Shown: positions 49,039 to 59,683 of the stretch, piece after piece
Layout: each line of letters starts with the position of its first letter
Position numbering within the stretch: the stretch's first letter is position 1
Assembly: GCA_003056145.1 (NCBI GenBank)
Contig: LSNL01000003.1
Span: forward strand, 4,345 to 68,344
Source: Parcubacteria group bacterium M10-OD1-1
GTDB taxonomy: Bacteria; Patescibacteriota; Minisyncoccia; Moranbacterales; UBA2206
Direction of reading: 5' to 3'
DNA length: 64,000 nucleotides
Notes under the pieces: generated by a model
Databases searched by the model: none
The model's input: only the letters and a program-made list of their open reading frames with translations
Told to the model about the DNA's origin: nothing
Program-made: the position numbers and the translations under genes

Positions 49039-49692
49039 ATGGCAAAAGTTAAGATATACAATTTAGAAGGGAAAGAAGTAGAAGAATTAGAGCTCTCAGA
49101 TGTCGTTTTCGGTGTTAAAAGAAACGATGATTTAATTCATCAGGTTTTTGTTTCAATTTCAGCTAATCAAAGACAACCATGGGCCCATACTAAGACTCGA
49201 GGAGAAAGATCTGGGTCAGGAAGAAAACCGTGGAAGCAAAAGGGAACTGGACGAGCTAGAGTAGGATCCGTGCGAACACCGATTTGGAGAAAAGGAGGAA
49301 TTGTTTTTGGACCTAGAAAAGAAAGAAATTATGATAAAAAAATTAACCGAAAAATGAGAATAAAAGCTATTAAGATGGTTTTGAGTGGAAAATTACAAGA
49401 CGGTGAAATAAAAGTAGTTGATAAGTTAGAATTAGCTGAGAAAAAAACTAAAACTATGAATAGCATTTTGAAAAATTTAAATTTAAAGGGTCGGATTTTA
49501 TTATCCTTCTCTAATTCGGAAAAAGAGTTAAGAATGTATAGCAAAAATCTAGAAAAAGTAGAAAATATTTTAACAAATCAACTGAATGTATTAGATATGT
49601 TAAATAATAAATATCTAGTTATTTCTAAAGATTCAATAAAATCTTTAGAAGATAAATATCAAGAAGTTGTAGAAAATAAAGAATCCAAATAA
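49039..49692 (+). CDS. rplD: 50S ribosomal protein L4
   Basis: 217 aa with an L4 sequence. Confidence 0.85.
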   Translation: MAKVKIYNLEGKEVEELELSDVVFGVKRNDDLIHQVFVSISANQRQPWAHTKTRGERSGSGRKPWKQKGTGRARVGSVRTPIWRKGGIVFGPRKERNYDKKINRKMRIKAIKMVLSGKLQDGEIKVVDKLELAEKKTKTMNSILKNLNLKGRILLSFSNSEKELRMYSKNLEKVENILTNQLNVLDMLNNKYLVISKDSIKSLEDKYQEVVENKESK

Positions 49693-49706
49693 GTTTATAA
49701 AGAAAA

Positions 49707-50024
49707 ATGACTAAAGAAAATAAAACAATTAAAAATAGTGAGATAGCTTATAAAATTTTAGTTGAACCCTGGGTAACAGAAGCTACTACTGCGATGATGG
49801 AAATGAATAAATATGTTTTTAAGGTTACTAAAGAAGCTACAAAAACTCAAGTGAAGAAATCAGTTGAAGATTTATATAAAGTAACTATTTTATCAGTTAG
49901 GACTATTAATATGCCCAGAAAGAAAAAAATTCGAGGAAGAATAACAGGCTATAAGCCAAGTTTTAAAAAAGCGATAATTACGCTCAAAGAAGGGGATAGT
50001 ATTAATATTTACGAAGGAAAATAA
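49707..50024 (+). CDS. rplW: 50S ribosomal protein L23
   Basis: 105 aa in the conserved position between L4 and L2. Confidence 0.8.
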   Translation: MTKENKTIKNSEIAYKILVEPWVTEATTAMMEMNKYVFKVTKEATKTQVKKSVEDLYKVTILSVRTINMPRKKKIRGRITGYKPSFKKAIITLKEGDSINIYEGK

Positions 50025-50085
50025 TTCAATACTTCATAATTTTATTAGATTATAAAATTATGAAAGTAAAGTTTAAATAATAGAA

Positions 50086-50919
50086 ATGGCAATTAAAGTA
50101 TACAAAAGAAATACGGCAGGTCGGAGGAATATGTCTATTGTTAAATCCTCTATGATTACTGATAAGAAGCCAGAAAAAACTCTTTTAGCTAAATTAACTA
50201 AAAAAGCTGGAAGATCTGGGGGAAAAATATCAGTTAGACATCAAGGCGGTGGACACAAACAAAGATATAGGATTGTTGATTTTAAGCAAGATAAGTTTGG
50301 AATACCTGGGCGTATTGCAGCAATAGAGAGAGATCCAGTCAGAAGTGCTTTTATTGCTCTAATTTATTATGTAGACGGAGAGAAGAGATATATACTAGCT
50401 ACTGAAGGAATGAAAGTGGATCAAGTAATTGTTTCAGGTGAAGAAGCTCCAATTAAAACTGGAAATAGAACTAAATTAAAAAATATCCCAGTAGGAACGA
50501 TTATTTCTAACTTAGAATTATTTCCCGGCAAAGGTGGTCAAGTGGTTAGAAGCGCTGGCTCAGGAGCTACTTTAACTGCCGTTGATGAAAAAACAGCCCA
50601 AATTAAAATGCCATCTGGAGAAATTAGATTAGTTAGTAATGAATGTTATGCAACTATCGGTCAAACAAGTAATTTTGAACATAGCTCAATTAAAATAGGA
50701 AAAGCCGGAAGAAGAAGACATATGGGATGGCGTCCATCAGTTAGAGGATCAGCTATGAATCCAGTAGATCATCCACACGGAGGAGGAGAAGGTCGTCAGG
50801 GGATAGGACTTAAGCATCCGAAAACTCCTTGGGGAAAACCAGCCTTGGGCAAGAAAACTAGAAAAAAGAATCGATATAGTAATAAATATATAATTAAAAG
50901 AAGAAGTAAGAGAAAATAA
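50086..50919 (+). CDS. rplB: 50S ribosomal protein L2
   Basis: 277 aa with the signature GRRNMSI...HPHGGGEG. Confidence 0.9.
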   Translation: MAIKVYKRNTAGRRNMSIVKSSMITDKKPEKTLLAKLTKKAGRSGGKISVRHQGGGHKQRYRIVDFKQDKFGIPGRIAAIERDPVRSAFIALIYYVDGEKRYILATEGMKVDQVIVSGEEAPIKTGNRTKLKNIPVGTIISNLELFPGKGGQVVRSAGSGATLTAVDEKTAQIKMPSGEIRLVSNECYATIGQTSNFEHSSIKIGKAGRRRHMGWRPSVRGSAMNPVDHPHGGGEGRQGIGLKHPKTPWGKPALGKKTRKKNRYSNKYIIKRRSKRK

Positions 50920-50921
50920 TT

Positions 50922-51260
50922 ATGACACGAAGTCTAAAAAAAGGACCTTATATAGATGAAAGGCTCTTAAAGAAAATTAAAGATAAAAAAGCTGGAGATA
51001 GGACTCTGATTAAGACTTGGTCGCGATCTGCTACAATTACTCCTGAAATGATTGGTTTTACTTTCGGAGTACACAATGGGAAAGATTTTATTTCAGTAAT
51101 TGTTTCTGAAGAAATGGTTGGACACAAGTTGGGGGAATTTTCTCCTACCAGAAAGTTTGTAAGACACGGAGGTAAAATGCAGAAAGAAATGGAAATCGCT
51201 AGTAAACAAAGAGAACTAGATGCAGCTAGAGCTGCTAAAAATACAGGAGGATCAAAATAA
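50922..51260 (+). CDS. rpsS: 30S ribosomal protein S19
   Basis: 112 aa, with SLKKGPYID and GHKLGEF. Confidence 0.9.
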   Translation: MTRSLKKGPYIDERLLKKIKDKKAGDRTLIKTWSRSATITPEMIGFTFGVHNGKDFISVIVSEEMVGHKLGEFSPTRKFVRHGGKMQKEMEIASKQRELDAARAAKNTGGSK

Positions 51261-51280
51261 TAATAATATTTTAACGATTT

Positions 51281-51847
51281 ATGAAAGTTTCAGCAAAATT
51301 AAACAATTTAAGAGTAGCTCCAAGAAAAGTGAGAATAGTTGCTAAATTAGTTAAAGGAATGGCTATTAATGATGCCTTTGACCAGTTAGATATTCACATT
51401 AGAAAGACAGCTCCTTATATGAAAAAATTACTTGAAAGTGCTATTGCTAACGGAGAAAATAATTTTGGAATTGATAAGGATAATATGTTTATTTCAGATG
51501 TGGTTGTTGATGCCGGACCTACCTTAAAAAGATGGAGGGCTCGAGCTTTCGGAAGAGCAGGAAAAATTTTAAAGCGAACATCTAAGATAGAACTAGTTAT
51601 TTCTGAAAGAGTTGAAGGAAAAGGAAGGAAAACTAAGGAAGAAATAGAAAAAGAAAAACAAGCTAAGATCGAAGCTCAGAAAAAAGTTGTTAAAGAACGA
51701 GAAAAAGCTGATAAAAAAGCTACTGAAACAAATAAAGTTATTAAAGCAGATTCAACGAGAATAGTTAAAAAAGATACAGAAAAAGAAGGAAGAAAAGGAG
51801 ATGAAAAAAGTTGGAAAAATAAAATATTTAGAAGAAAATCAATGTAA
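51281..51847 (+). CDS. rplV: 50S ribosomal protein L22 with Lys-rich C-terminal extension
   Basis: 188 aa. L22 core plus a K/E-rich tail of about 70 aa. Confidence 0.85.
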   Translation: MKVSAKLNNLRVAPRKVRIVAKLVKGMAINDAFDQLDIHIRKTAPYMKKLLESAIANGENNFGIDKDNMFISDVVVDAGPTLKRWRARAFGRAGKILKRTSKIELVISERVEGKGRKTKEEIEKEKQAKIEAQKKVVKEREKADKKATETNKVIKADSTRIVKKDTEKEGRKGDEKSWKNKIFRRKSM

Positions 51848-51915
51848 ATAAGTTAGTAGTTTATAATTTAAGAATTTATAAAATCTAAATTATAAACCTT
51901 AATTTTTATTAAAAT

Positions 51916-52566
51916 ATGGGCAATAAAGTTAATCCAATCGGATTTCGCATAGGAATTACTCAAGGATGGAAATCAAAGTGGTTTAGTAAAAAAGAATATA
52001 AAGAAAATCTTCACCAAGATATAAATATCCGAGTGGCAGTAGCTAAAAAATGGCGGGCAGCTTCAATTTCCGATGTTGAGATTGAAAGGTCGGCGAAGAT
52101 GATTAAAATTGTTATTAAAACAGCTCGTCCAGGAGTGCTTATTGGACGGGGAGGTAGTGGAATTGAAGATGTGAAAAATTATATTCAAAATAACTTTTTT
52201 AGAAACAATAAAAATATTAATTTACGAGTAGAAGTTCAAGAAATTAAATATTTTGAAGAAAGTGCTTCTATTGTTGCTCAGAATATTGTTGACCAGCTGG
52301 AAAAGAGAATTCCTTTTCGAAGAGTGATGAAATCAATGTTGGATCAAGTAATGAAAAATAATAAAATTAAAGGAGTTAAAATAGAATTATCTGGAAGATT
52401 AGGAGGAGCCGAAATGAGTAGAAAGGAATGGGCAGCTAAAGGAACATTACCTTTGCATACCATTAGAGCTGATATTGATTTTACGAAAGAAACAGCTTTC
52501 ACTACTTATGGAACATTAGGTGTAAAGGTTTGGTTGTATAAAGGAGAGGTTTTTAAAGATAAATAA
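51916..52566 (+). CDS. rpsC: 30S ribosomal protein S3
   Basis: 216 aa. GNKVNPIGFRIG and a KH domain. Confidence 0.9.
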   Translation: MGNKVNPIGFRIGITQGWKSKWFSKKEYKENLHQDINIRVAVAKKWRAASISDVEIERSAKMIKIVIKTARPGVLIGRGGSGIEDVKNYIQNNFFRNNKNINLRVEVQEIKYFEESASIVAQNIVDQLEKRIPFRRVMKSMLDQVMKNNKIKGVKIELSGRLGGAEMSRKEWAAKGTLPLHTIRADIDFTKETAFTTYGTLGVKVWLYKGEVFKDK

Positions 52567-52630
52567 GGTTAATTTGGTGAGTTAATTATAATAATAGTTT
52601 TAATTATTTATTTCTCACTAACAAAATAGC

Positions 52631-53047
52631 ATGTTAATGCCGAAAAAAGTAAAACATAGAAAGATCCAACGAGGCGGTAAAATCCGTGGCGTGGCTCAAC
52701 GAGGAAACAAAGTTAGTTTTGGGAGTTTTGGTTTAAAATCAATGGTTCCTGGTCTTATTTCAGCTAGACAAATAGAATCTGCCAGACGAGCAATGACTAG
52801 ACATATTAAAAGAGGTGGAAAAATTTGGATTAGAATATTTCCTGATAAGCCAATGACTAAGAAAGGTGATGAAACCCCGATGGGTAAAGGAAAAGGAGCA
52901 GTTGATCATTTTGTAGCAGTGGTTAAGCCAGGAACGATGATATTTGAAATGGATGGAGTTTCGGAAGAGGTTGCAAGGCAAGCTATGAAATTAGCAGCAT
53001 ATAAGCTTAGTGGTAAAACTAAATTTGTAGTTAAAGATGAAAATTAA
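52631..53047 (+). CDS. rplP: 50S ribosomal protein L16
   Basis: 138 aa. [11 protein letters not shown]... Confidence 0.9.
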   Translation: MLMPKKVKHRKIQRGGKIRGVAQRGNKVSFGSFGLKSMVPGLISARQIESARRAMTRHIKRGGKIWIRIFPDKPMTKKGDETPMGKGKGAVDHFVAVVKPGTMIFEMDGVSEEVARQAMKLAAYKLSGKTKFVVKDEN

Positions 53048-53243
53048 ATTTATGAAGACTAAAGAATTAAGAGAAAAAAATAAAATCGAGTTAATGAAAG
53101 TACTTAGCGAAAAGAGAGAATCTGTGAGAAAAATTAGATTTGATATTGCGACTAAGCAAGTAAAAAATACTCGGGAAATAAGAAAAGAAAAAAGAGATAT
53201 TGCTAGAATATTAACTATTATTAATGAAAAAAATGAAGACTAA
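53037..53243 (+). CDS. rpmC: 50S ribosomal protein L29
   Basis: 68 aa in the conserved position, with the coiled-coil L29 pattern. Confidence 0.8.
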   Translation: MKIKFMKTKELREKNKIELMKVLSEKRESVRKIRFDIATKQVKNTREIRKEKRDIARILTIINEKNED

Positions 53244-53481
53244 AGAAGTAAAAAATAAAATAGTTATTAAGAAAAAGGGAATAGTAGTAAGTGATAAAAT
53301 GGACAAAACGGTTGTGGTAGCAGTGGACACTTATAAAACACACAAGAAATACAAGAAAAAGTTTAAATCTACAAAAAAATATAAAGCTAATGATGAAGAG
53401 AATAAATATAAAGTTGGAGATGTTGTGGAGATAACTAATTGTCGTCCAATCAGTAAAGATAAATCGTATAAAATTTTATAA
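53224..53481 (+). CDS. rpsQ: 30S ribosomal protein S17
   Basis: 85 aa. VVSDKMDKTVVV... Confidence 0.85.
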   Translation: MKKMKTKEVKNKIVIKKKGIVVSDKMDKTVVVAVDTYKTHKKYKKKFKSTKKYKANDEENKYKVGDVVEITNCRPISKDKSYKIL

Positions 53482-53551
53482 AGATAATAGAATTTACAAA
53501 TCTGTGTTAATAATTTGATAAAAATGGCACTGGTTTTGTAGAAAAAAAGAA

Positions 53552-53917
53552 ATGATACAAGCAGAATCAAAATTGAAGGTAGCTGATAATAGTGGCGCTA
53601 AAATAATTAAGTGTTTTAAGGTTTTAGGTGGATCTAAAAGAAGATTTGCTCAAATAGGAGATATTATTGTAGCTTCTGTTAAATCAGCTGAGCCAAGAGG
53701 AGCAGTTAAAAAAGGTGAGAAAGTAAGAGCAATCATTGTTAGACAGCGAAAAGAATATAGAAGAAAAGATGGTTCTTATATCAGATTTGATGAAAATGCG
53801 GCTGTTATTATAGACGGAAAAGATATGAAGGGAACAAGAATTTTTGGTCCCATTGCTAGAGAAATCAGAGATAAAGGTTACGCTAAAATAGTTTCTTTAG
53901 CTCCAGAAGTATTATAA
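53552..53917 (+). CDS. rplN: 50S ribosomal protein L14
   Basis: 121 aa. [17 protein letters not shown]... Confidence 0.9.
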   Translation: MIQAESKLKVADNSGAKIIKCFKVLGGSKRRFAQIGDIIVASVKSAEPRGAVKKGEKVRAIIVRQRKEYRRKDGSYIRFDENAAVIIDGKDMKGTRIFGPIAREIRDKGYAKIVSLAPEVL

Positions 53918-53950
53918 AATAATATAATTGAAAAATAGTAGGATAAAAAT

Positions 53951-54256
53951 ATGAAATTGAAAAAAGGAGATATAGTCAAAATGTTAGCTGGTAAAGATCG
54001 TGGAAAGACGGGAAAGATTTTGCAATCCTTTCCAGAAGAAAAGAAAGTAATTGTAGAAGGTTTAAACATTGTCAAAAAGCATATTAAACCAAAGCGAGAA
54101 GGAGAAAAAGGTCAAAGAATTGAAGTACCAAGAAGAGTAGATGTCTCTATTGCTATGTTAGTTTGTCCTAAATGTGGAAAAAGTACTAGAATAGGTTATA
54201 AAATAGAAAAAGGTAATAAATATAGAATTTGTAAAAAATGTGGAGTAGAAATTTAA
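53951..54256 (+). CDS. rplX: 50S ribosomal protein L24 (KOW) with C-terminal C4 zinc-ribbon
   Basis: 101 aa. KOW motif KKGDIVKMLAGKDRGKTGKI, and C-terminal CPKCG...CKKCG. Confidence 0.8.
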   Translation: MKLKKGDIVKMLAGKDRGKTGKILQSFPEEKKVIVEGLNIVKKHIKPKREGEKGQRIEVPRRVDVSIAMLVCPKCGKSTRIGYKIEKGNKYRICKKCGVEI

Positions 54257-54294
54257 TTAATTTCTAGAATAGTGAATAATTTAAGATTGAAAAA

Positions 54295-54840
54295 ATGACA
54301 AGTATTAGAAAAAAATATAATAAAGAAGTGGTTGGTAAATTAAAACAACAATTTAAGTTGAAGAATGATTTAGCAGCACCAAGAATTAAGAAAGTAATTG
54401 TTAATGTTGGTATTGGTAAATTTCTCAATGATTCTGGAAAAGTAGACGATATTTTACAAGCAATCACTACTATTACTGGACAAAAACCGTTAATGACTCA
54501 GGCCAGAAAGTCAATAGCTGGATTTAAGATTAGAGAAGGGTTAAAAGTGGGAATGAAAGTGACTTTAAGGGGGAAAAGAATGTGGAATTTTATTGAAAGA
54601 CTAGTTGGAACAGCACTTCCTAGAATTAGAGATTTTCATGGAATTAAAGAATCTGCAGTTGATTCTCATGGTAATTTGAATATTGGAATAAAAGAACATA
54701 TGATTTTTCCTGAGATTTTAGCGGAAGAAGTAAGAAATATTTTTGGAATGGAAGTAACGATTGTAACTACTGCTAATAAGCAAGAAGAGGGAATGGTTTT
54801 ATTTAAAGCCTTGGGATTTCCAATAGAAATTAAAGAATAA
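54295..54840 (+). CDS. rplE: 50S ribosomal protein L5
   Basis: 181 aa with an L5 sequence. Confidence 0.9.
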   Translation: MTSIRKKYNKEVVGKLKQQFKLKNDLAAPRIKKVIVNVGIGKFLNDSGKVDDILQAITTITGQKPLMTQARKSIAGFKIREGLKVGMKVTLRGKRMWNFIERLVGTALPRIRDFHGIKESAVDSHGNLNIGIKEHMIFPEILAEEVRNIFGMEVTIVTTANKQEEGMVLFKALGFPIEIKE

Positions 54841-54917
54841 ATAAATTATATAAAATAAACACCTTTTTTATAACTAGTCTTTAAAAACTAATTATAAAAT
54901 AAGAGTAAATTTATAAA

Positions 54918-55103
54918 ATGGCAAAGAAATCAGTAGAAGCTAGGGCAAGAAAAAAAGTTAAGTTTTCAACAAGAGAAGTTAGGCGTTGTTGGAAATGCGG
55001 AAGAAAGCATGGTTATATGCGTCAGTTTGATATTTGCAGAATATGTTTTAGAGAATTAGCTAGTACAGGTCAACTTCCAGGAGTAAAAAAAGCTAGTTGG
55101 TAA
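54918..55103 (+). CDS. rpsZ: 30S ribosomal protein S14 type Z (zinc-binding)
   Basis: 61 aa with a CxxC...CxxC motif. Confidence 0.85.
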   Translation: MAKKSVEARARKKVKFSTREVRRCWKCGRKHGYMRQFDICRICFRELASTGQLPGVKKASW

Positions 55104-55165
55104 TTTAAATAATGATAATAATTCATCAATCAAAGAAAGAGACATCTAATTAAATTCAAAAATCT

Positions 55166-55570
55166 ATGGATAAAATTTCAGAAATGTTAACTAAAATAAG
55201 GAATGCTCAAATGGCGGAGCATAAAGAAGTTTTGATAAAGTTTTCAAAACTTAAGTTTGCTTTAGCTAATATTTTTGCTAAAGAAGGATTTATAAAATCC
55301 ATATCCAAAGATAAAGACAAAGATGATAGAGATTTAATTAAAATTGTTCTAAAATATTATCAGATTTCTAATACAGAAAAAGTTCCAGCTATTAAAGGGA
55401 TAAGAAGAATTAGTAAATTGGGACAAAGAATTTATATTAAGAATAAAGATATTAGAAGTGTTAAGAGTGAATTTGGTATAGCCGTAATTTCTACCTCTAG
55501 GGGAATTGTTACTGGAGAAGAAGCTAAGAAGTTAGGTTTAGGAGGAGAATATATTTGTGAAGTTTGGTAA
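55166..55570 (+). CDS. rpsH: 30S ribosomal protein S8
   Basis: 134 aa. ISEMLTKIRNAQMA... Confidence 0.9.
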   Translation: MDKISEMLTKIRNAQMAEHKEVLIKFSKLKFALANIFAKEGFIKSISKDKDKDDRDLIKIVLKYYQISNTEKVPAIKGIRRISKLGQRIYIKNKDIRSVKSEFGIAVISTSRGIVTGEEAKKLGLGGEYICEVW

Positions 55571-55617
55571 AAATAAATTTTTTTGATTGATAACATTTAA
55601 TATAATAGTAAACATTT

Positions 55618-56163
55618 ATGTCTAAGATAGGAAAAAAACCCATTGAAATACCTCAAGGAGTAGAAGTTAAATTAACAGAAGATACTCTAGAAGCTAAAGG
55701 TCCTAAAGGAACGCTTAGTTTAAAGGTGGATAAAGCTGTTAAAGTTGAAATTCAAGAAAAAGAGATTAAGATTGAAAAAAATAAAAGCTCTAAACAGGCT
55801 AACGCTGTTTGGGGGTTGACTAGAGCTTTAATTAATAATATTGTAGTGGGAGTAACCACTGGTTTTGAAAAGAAATTGGAGCTACAAGGCGTAGGTTTTA
55901 GGATGTCCATTCAAGGAAAGAAATTGGATTTAGCTTTAGGTTTTTCTCATCCTGTTAAAGTAGATATCCCAGATGATTTGACTGTTAAGTTGGAAGATAA
56001 CAATGTATTAGGAATTTGGGGAATAGATAAACAAAGAGTAGGACAATTTGCTGCTGAGATACGATCACTTAAAAAAGTAGAACCTTACAAAGGAAAAGGC
56101 TTTCGTTATCAAGGTGAAAATGTTAGAAGAAAAGTTGGTAAGAAAGCAGGGGCAGTTAAATAA
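55618..56163 (+). CDS. rplF: 50S ribosomal protein L6
   Basis: 181 aa. MSKIGKKPIEIPQGVEV... Confidence 0.9.
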   Translation: MSKIGKKPIEIPQGVEVKLTEDTLEAKGPKGTLSLKVDKAVKVEIQEKEIKIEKNKSSKQANAVWGLTRALINNIVVGVTTGFEKKLELQGVGFRMSIQGKKLDLALGFSHPVKVDIPDDLTVKLEDNNVLGIWGIDKQRVGQFAAEIRSLKKVEPYKGKGFRYQGENVRRKVGKKAGAVK

Positions 56164-56226
56164 ATTTAGTAATTGATAGCGAAATTATTAAAATAAATAA
56201 TTACAAAAGTTTAATTTTTAAATAAT

Positions 56227-56571
56227 ATGAAATTAAGTAGAAACAAACTAAGGTTGCGTAGAAAAAAAAGAATAAGTGCTAAAATCAAAGGAGCTGCTAA
56301 AAGACCTAGAATGGCTATTTTTAAGAGTCTTCGGAATTTATATGTTCAAGTTATTGATGATCAAAAGGGTAATACTTTAGCTTCTATTAACTCTCAAGAA
56401 ATAAAAGTCAAAAATGATATTCAAGGAGCTAAAGAAGTTGGAACTTTAATAGCGAAAAAATGTCAGGAAAAAAAGATAACTCAAGTTGTTTTTGATAGGT
56501 CTGGTTACAAATATCATGGTAAAGTTAAGGCTTTAGCTGAGAGTGCTAAAAAGAATGGGCTTAAAATTTAA
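56227..56571 (+). CDS. rplR: 50S ribosomal protein L18
   Basis: 114 aa in the conserved position. Confidence 0.85.
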   Translation: MKLSRNKLRLRRKKRISAKIKGAAKRPRMAIFKSLRNLYVQVIDDQKGNTLASINSQEIKVKNDIQGAKEVGTLIAKKCQEKKITQVVFDRSGYKYHGKVKALAESAKKNGLKI

Positions 56572-56642
56572 AGTAATAATTAAGAAGAGTCAATATTTTC
56601 AAATAAGTTAACTCATTAAAATATTTATTCAAAGTTGTCAAT

Positions 56643-57191
56643 ATGAATAACAAAGAAAAAAGATTTAGAGGAAAAAGAGAAAAACCTGAATACGATCAGA
56701 AGCTTTTAGACTTAGCTAGAGTTACAAGAGTAGTTAAAGGAGGAAGAAGGTTTAGATTTCGAGCTACTTTAGTAATCGGTAATAAAAAAGGAAAAGTAGG
56801 CGTAGGAGTAGGTAAAGGATCAGATGTTTCTGATTCAATTAAAAAAGCTTTTGATGACGCTAAAAAAAATTTAGTAGAAGTAGCTATTTATAAAAATACT
56901 ATTCCTCACGAGACTTATATTAAAAAAGGAAGTGCTAAAATTATTTTTAGACCAGCACCAAAAGGAAGAGGTATTGTGGCTGGAGGCGCTATCAGAGCTG
57001 TAGTTGATCACGCTGGAATTAAAGATATTGTTTCTAAATCATTAGGAACATCCAATAAATTAAATGTAGCTAGAGCAGCAGTTGAGGCGTTAAGTGAACT
57101 AAAAAAATCTAAAGTTAGGAATGTTAGATTAGGTAAGACTCAGGGAATTAAGAAAGAAGAGAATAAAAAAAATGAAAAAATTAAGAAATAA
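56643..57191 (+). CDS. rpsE: 30S ribosomal protein S5
   Basis: 182 aa. The dsRBD-like N-domain VTRVVKGGRRFRFRATLVIGN. Confidence 0.9.
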   Translation: MNNKEKRFRGKREKPEYDQKLLDLARVTRVVKGGRRFRFRATLVIGNKKGKVGVGVGKGSDVSDSIKKAFDDAKKNLVEVAIYKNTIPHETYIKKGSAKIIFRPAPKGRGIVAGGAIRAVVDHAGIKDIVSKSLGTSNKLNVARAAVEALSELKKSKVRNVRLGKTQGIKKEENKKNEKIKK

Positions 57192-57210
57192 TTGTTTTTA
57201 ATATATTGTT

Positions 57211-57663
57211 ATGCAGATAAATGATTTAAAATTAAATTCACCTCGTAAAAAAAGAAAAATTATTGGTAGAGGCGGAAAAAAAGGAACTTATTGTGGACGA
57301 GGAATGAATGGACAGAAGTCTAGAAGTGGAGCTAGTGTAGATCCTTTATTTGAAGGTGGAAGATCAACTTTAATTGATCATATGAAAAAGAAAAAAGGAT
57401 TTAAATCACGCACACCCAAAAAGAATATTATTAAGTTAGCTGATTTAGAGATAAAATTTCAAGATGGCGATGAAATTAATCAAAAAACTTTGGTTAAATC
57501 AGGTTTGATTAGTAAGATGAAGATAATTAAAGGAGTAAAAATCCTTGGAAGTGGGGAACTAACCAAAAAATTATCTATTGCTTCAGGAATTTTAGTAACG
57601 ATTTCTGCCAAGAAGGCTATTGAAAAAGCTGGTGGAAAAATTATTTTTAGTCAATCAGATTAA
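57211..57663 (+). CDS. rplO: 50S ribosomal protein L15
   Basis: 150 aa. It follows S5 directly with only a 19-nt gap, so no L30 gene is present. Confidence 0.85.
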   Translation: MQINDLKLNSPRKKRKIIGRGGKKGTYCGRGMNGQKSRSGASVDPLFEGGRSTLIDHMKKKKGFKSRTPKKNIIKLADLEIKFQDGDEINQKTLVKSGLISKMKIIKGVKILGSGELTKKLSIASGILVTISAKKAIEKAGGKIIFSQSD

Positions 57664-57699
57664 TAACTTAAAAAATTTTGAAAAACTAAAAGTCTATAT

Positions 57700-58971
57700 A
57701 TGTTGAATAAAATTATTCAAATATTTAAAGTCAAAGAATTGAGAAATAAAATATTTTTTATTCTAGTTCTTTTAGTAATTTTTAGATTAGCAGCCAATAT
57801 ACCATTACCAGGAATTGATCAAGAAAAACTAAAACTTTTTTTTCAAGGTAATCAATTTTTTGGACTTTTAAACTTATTTTCTGGAGGAGGAATGACTAGT
57901 ATTTCGATTGTAATGTTAGGGGTTGGACCTTATATTACTTCATCTATTGTGATGCAACTGTTAACAATGGTTAGTCCTCGGTTAGAGCAAGTTTACAAAG
58001 AAGAAGGAGAGGCTGGACGAGAGAAATTTAATCAATGGACAAGATGGTTAACAGTTCCTTTTGCTGCTTTGCAAACAATTGGAATGATTTCCTTACTCCG
58101 TTCTAAACAAATTATGGCCCCTGGCGATGCTTTAGAAATGGCAACGATTATAATTATGGCTGTAGCGGGAACGATTTTTTTAACTTGGTTAGGGGAGCTG
58201 ATTACAGAAAAAAATATTGGCAATGGAGTCTCTCTTATAATTTTTGCAGGGATTGTTTCTGGTCTTCCAGGAGCTATTTCTCGGATATCTGCTACTTGGG
58301 ATCCGTCACAATTTTTTACTTATCTTATATTTTTAATTATTGTTGTAGGTGCGATTGCTTCTATTGTTTATATTACTGAGGGTCAAAGAAATATGCCAGT
58401 TTCTTATGCTAAACAAGTGAGAGGTAATAAGATGTATGGAGGAACAACCTCTCATCTTCCTTTGCGAATTAATCAAGCTGGAGTAATGCCGATAATATTT
58501 GCGATGTCTATTATGCTATTTCCAGGGATGATTTCTAATTTTTTATCTCGAGCCTCCAATCCAACAGTAGCCAATATAGCCAGGGAAGTAGGAAATATTT
58601 TTCAAAACCAATGGTTTTATGGAACTTTTTATTTTATTTTAGTAGTAGCTTTTACTTATTTTTATACAGCTGTAGTTTTTGATCCTAAACAAATAGCTGA
58701 AAATCTTCAAAAACAGGGTGGTTATATTCCAGGTATTAGACCAGGACATAAAACATCTGAATATCTTTATAAAATAATGAACCGAGTTACTTTATCAGGG
58801 GCAATTTTCCTAGGATTAATCGCTGTTTTACCTTTTATTGTGCAAGGTTTTACTGACATTGGCTCGGTCTCAGTAGGTGGAACTGGTTTATTGATTGTGG
58901 TAGCAGTAGTTATTGAAACAGTTCAACAAATTGAAGGTCAGCTAGTGATGAGAGATTACGAAGGCTTTTAA
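57700..58971 (+). CDS. secY: preprotein translocase subunit SecY
   Basis: 423 aa with 10 predicted transmembrane segments and conserved SecY blocks. Confidence 0.9.
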   Translation: MLNKIIQIFKVKELRNKIFFILVLLVIFRLAANIPLPGIDQEKLKLFFQGNQFFGLLNLFSGGGMTSISIVMLGVGPYITSSIVMQLLTMVSPRLEQVYKEEGEAGREKFNQWTRWLTVPFAALQTIGMISLLRSKQIMAPGDALEMATIIIMAVAGTIFLTWLGELITEKNIGNGVSLIIFAGIVSGLPGAISRISATWDPSQFFTYLIFLIIVVGAIASIVYITEGQRNMPVSYAKQVRGNKMYGGTTSHLPLRINQAGVMPIIFAMSIMLFPGMISNFLSRASNPTVANIAREVGNIFQNQWFYGTFYFILVVAFTYFYTAVVFDPKQIAENLQKQGGYIPGIRPGHKTSEYLYKIMNRVTLSGAIFLGLIAVLPFIVQGFTDIGSVSVGGTGLLIVVAVVIETVQQIEGQLVMRDYEGF

Positions 58972-59026
58972 ACTTGATAAATTAACCAATAAAAAATTAA
59001 AAAATATAAAATTGGTTATCAATTAA

Positions 59027-59683
59027 ATGAATGTTGTTATTTTAGGTCCGCAAGGATCTGGTAAGGGGACACAAGCTCAGCTAATCGCTGAGAAATTTGA
59101 CTTAGAACATATTGATATGGGGAAATTTCTTAGAGAAGTAGCCTTATTAAATACTCCTTTAGGAAAAGAGATTAACGAAATTATCAATATCAAAAAGGAA
59201 TTAGTAGATGATAAAATATTAAAAAAAGTCTTGCATTTAAAAATACAAGACTTGCCTAGGGAAAAAGGTATTATATTTGATGGAGTACCAAGGAGAGAAG
59301 ATCAGCTAGCTTATTTTGAGGAAGCGATGATTAAATTTGGACGCCAGGTTGATAGAGTAATCCTGATTAAGCTATCAGAAAAAGAATCTTTTCAAAGAAT
59401 AGCCAAAAGAAGAATTTGTGAAAAATGCAAAAAAGTTTTTATTTTAGGCAAAGATATTCAGAGTGAAACAGAAAAGTGTCCAGTTTGTTCAGGAAAAATA
59501 ATTCAGCGAATAGATGACACAGAAGAAGGAGTGAAGAAAAGGTTAAAAATTTTTCAACAAGAAACAATGCCTGTAATTAAATATTATGAAGCACAAGATA
59601 ATATTATTGAGATCAATGGTGATCAAATAATTAAAAAAGTGTTTAAAGATATTTTGAAACAACTAAAAAAAATTTATGATTAG
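59027..59683 (+). CDS. adk: adenylate kinase (zinc-lid type)
   Basis: 218 aa. P-loop GPQGSGKGTQA, and lid CEKC...CPVC. Confidence 0.85.
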   Translation: MNVVILGPQGSGKGTQAQLIAEKFDLEHIDMGKFLREVALLNTPLGKEINEIINIKKELVDDKILKKVLHLKIQDLPREKGIIFDGVPRREDQLAYFEEAMIKFGRQVDRVILIKLSEKESFQRIAKRRICEKCKKVFILGKDIQSETEKCPVCSGKIIQRIDDTEEGVKKRLKIFQQETMPVIKYYEAQDNIIEINGDQIIKKVFKDILKQLKKIYD

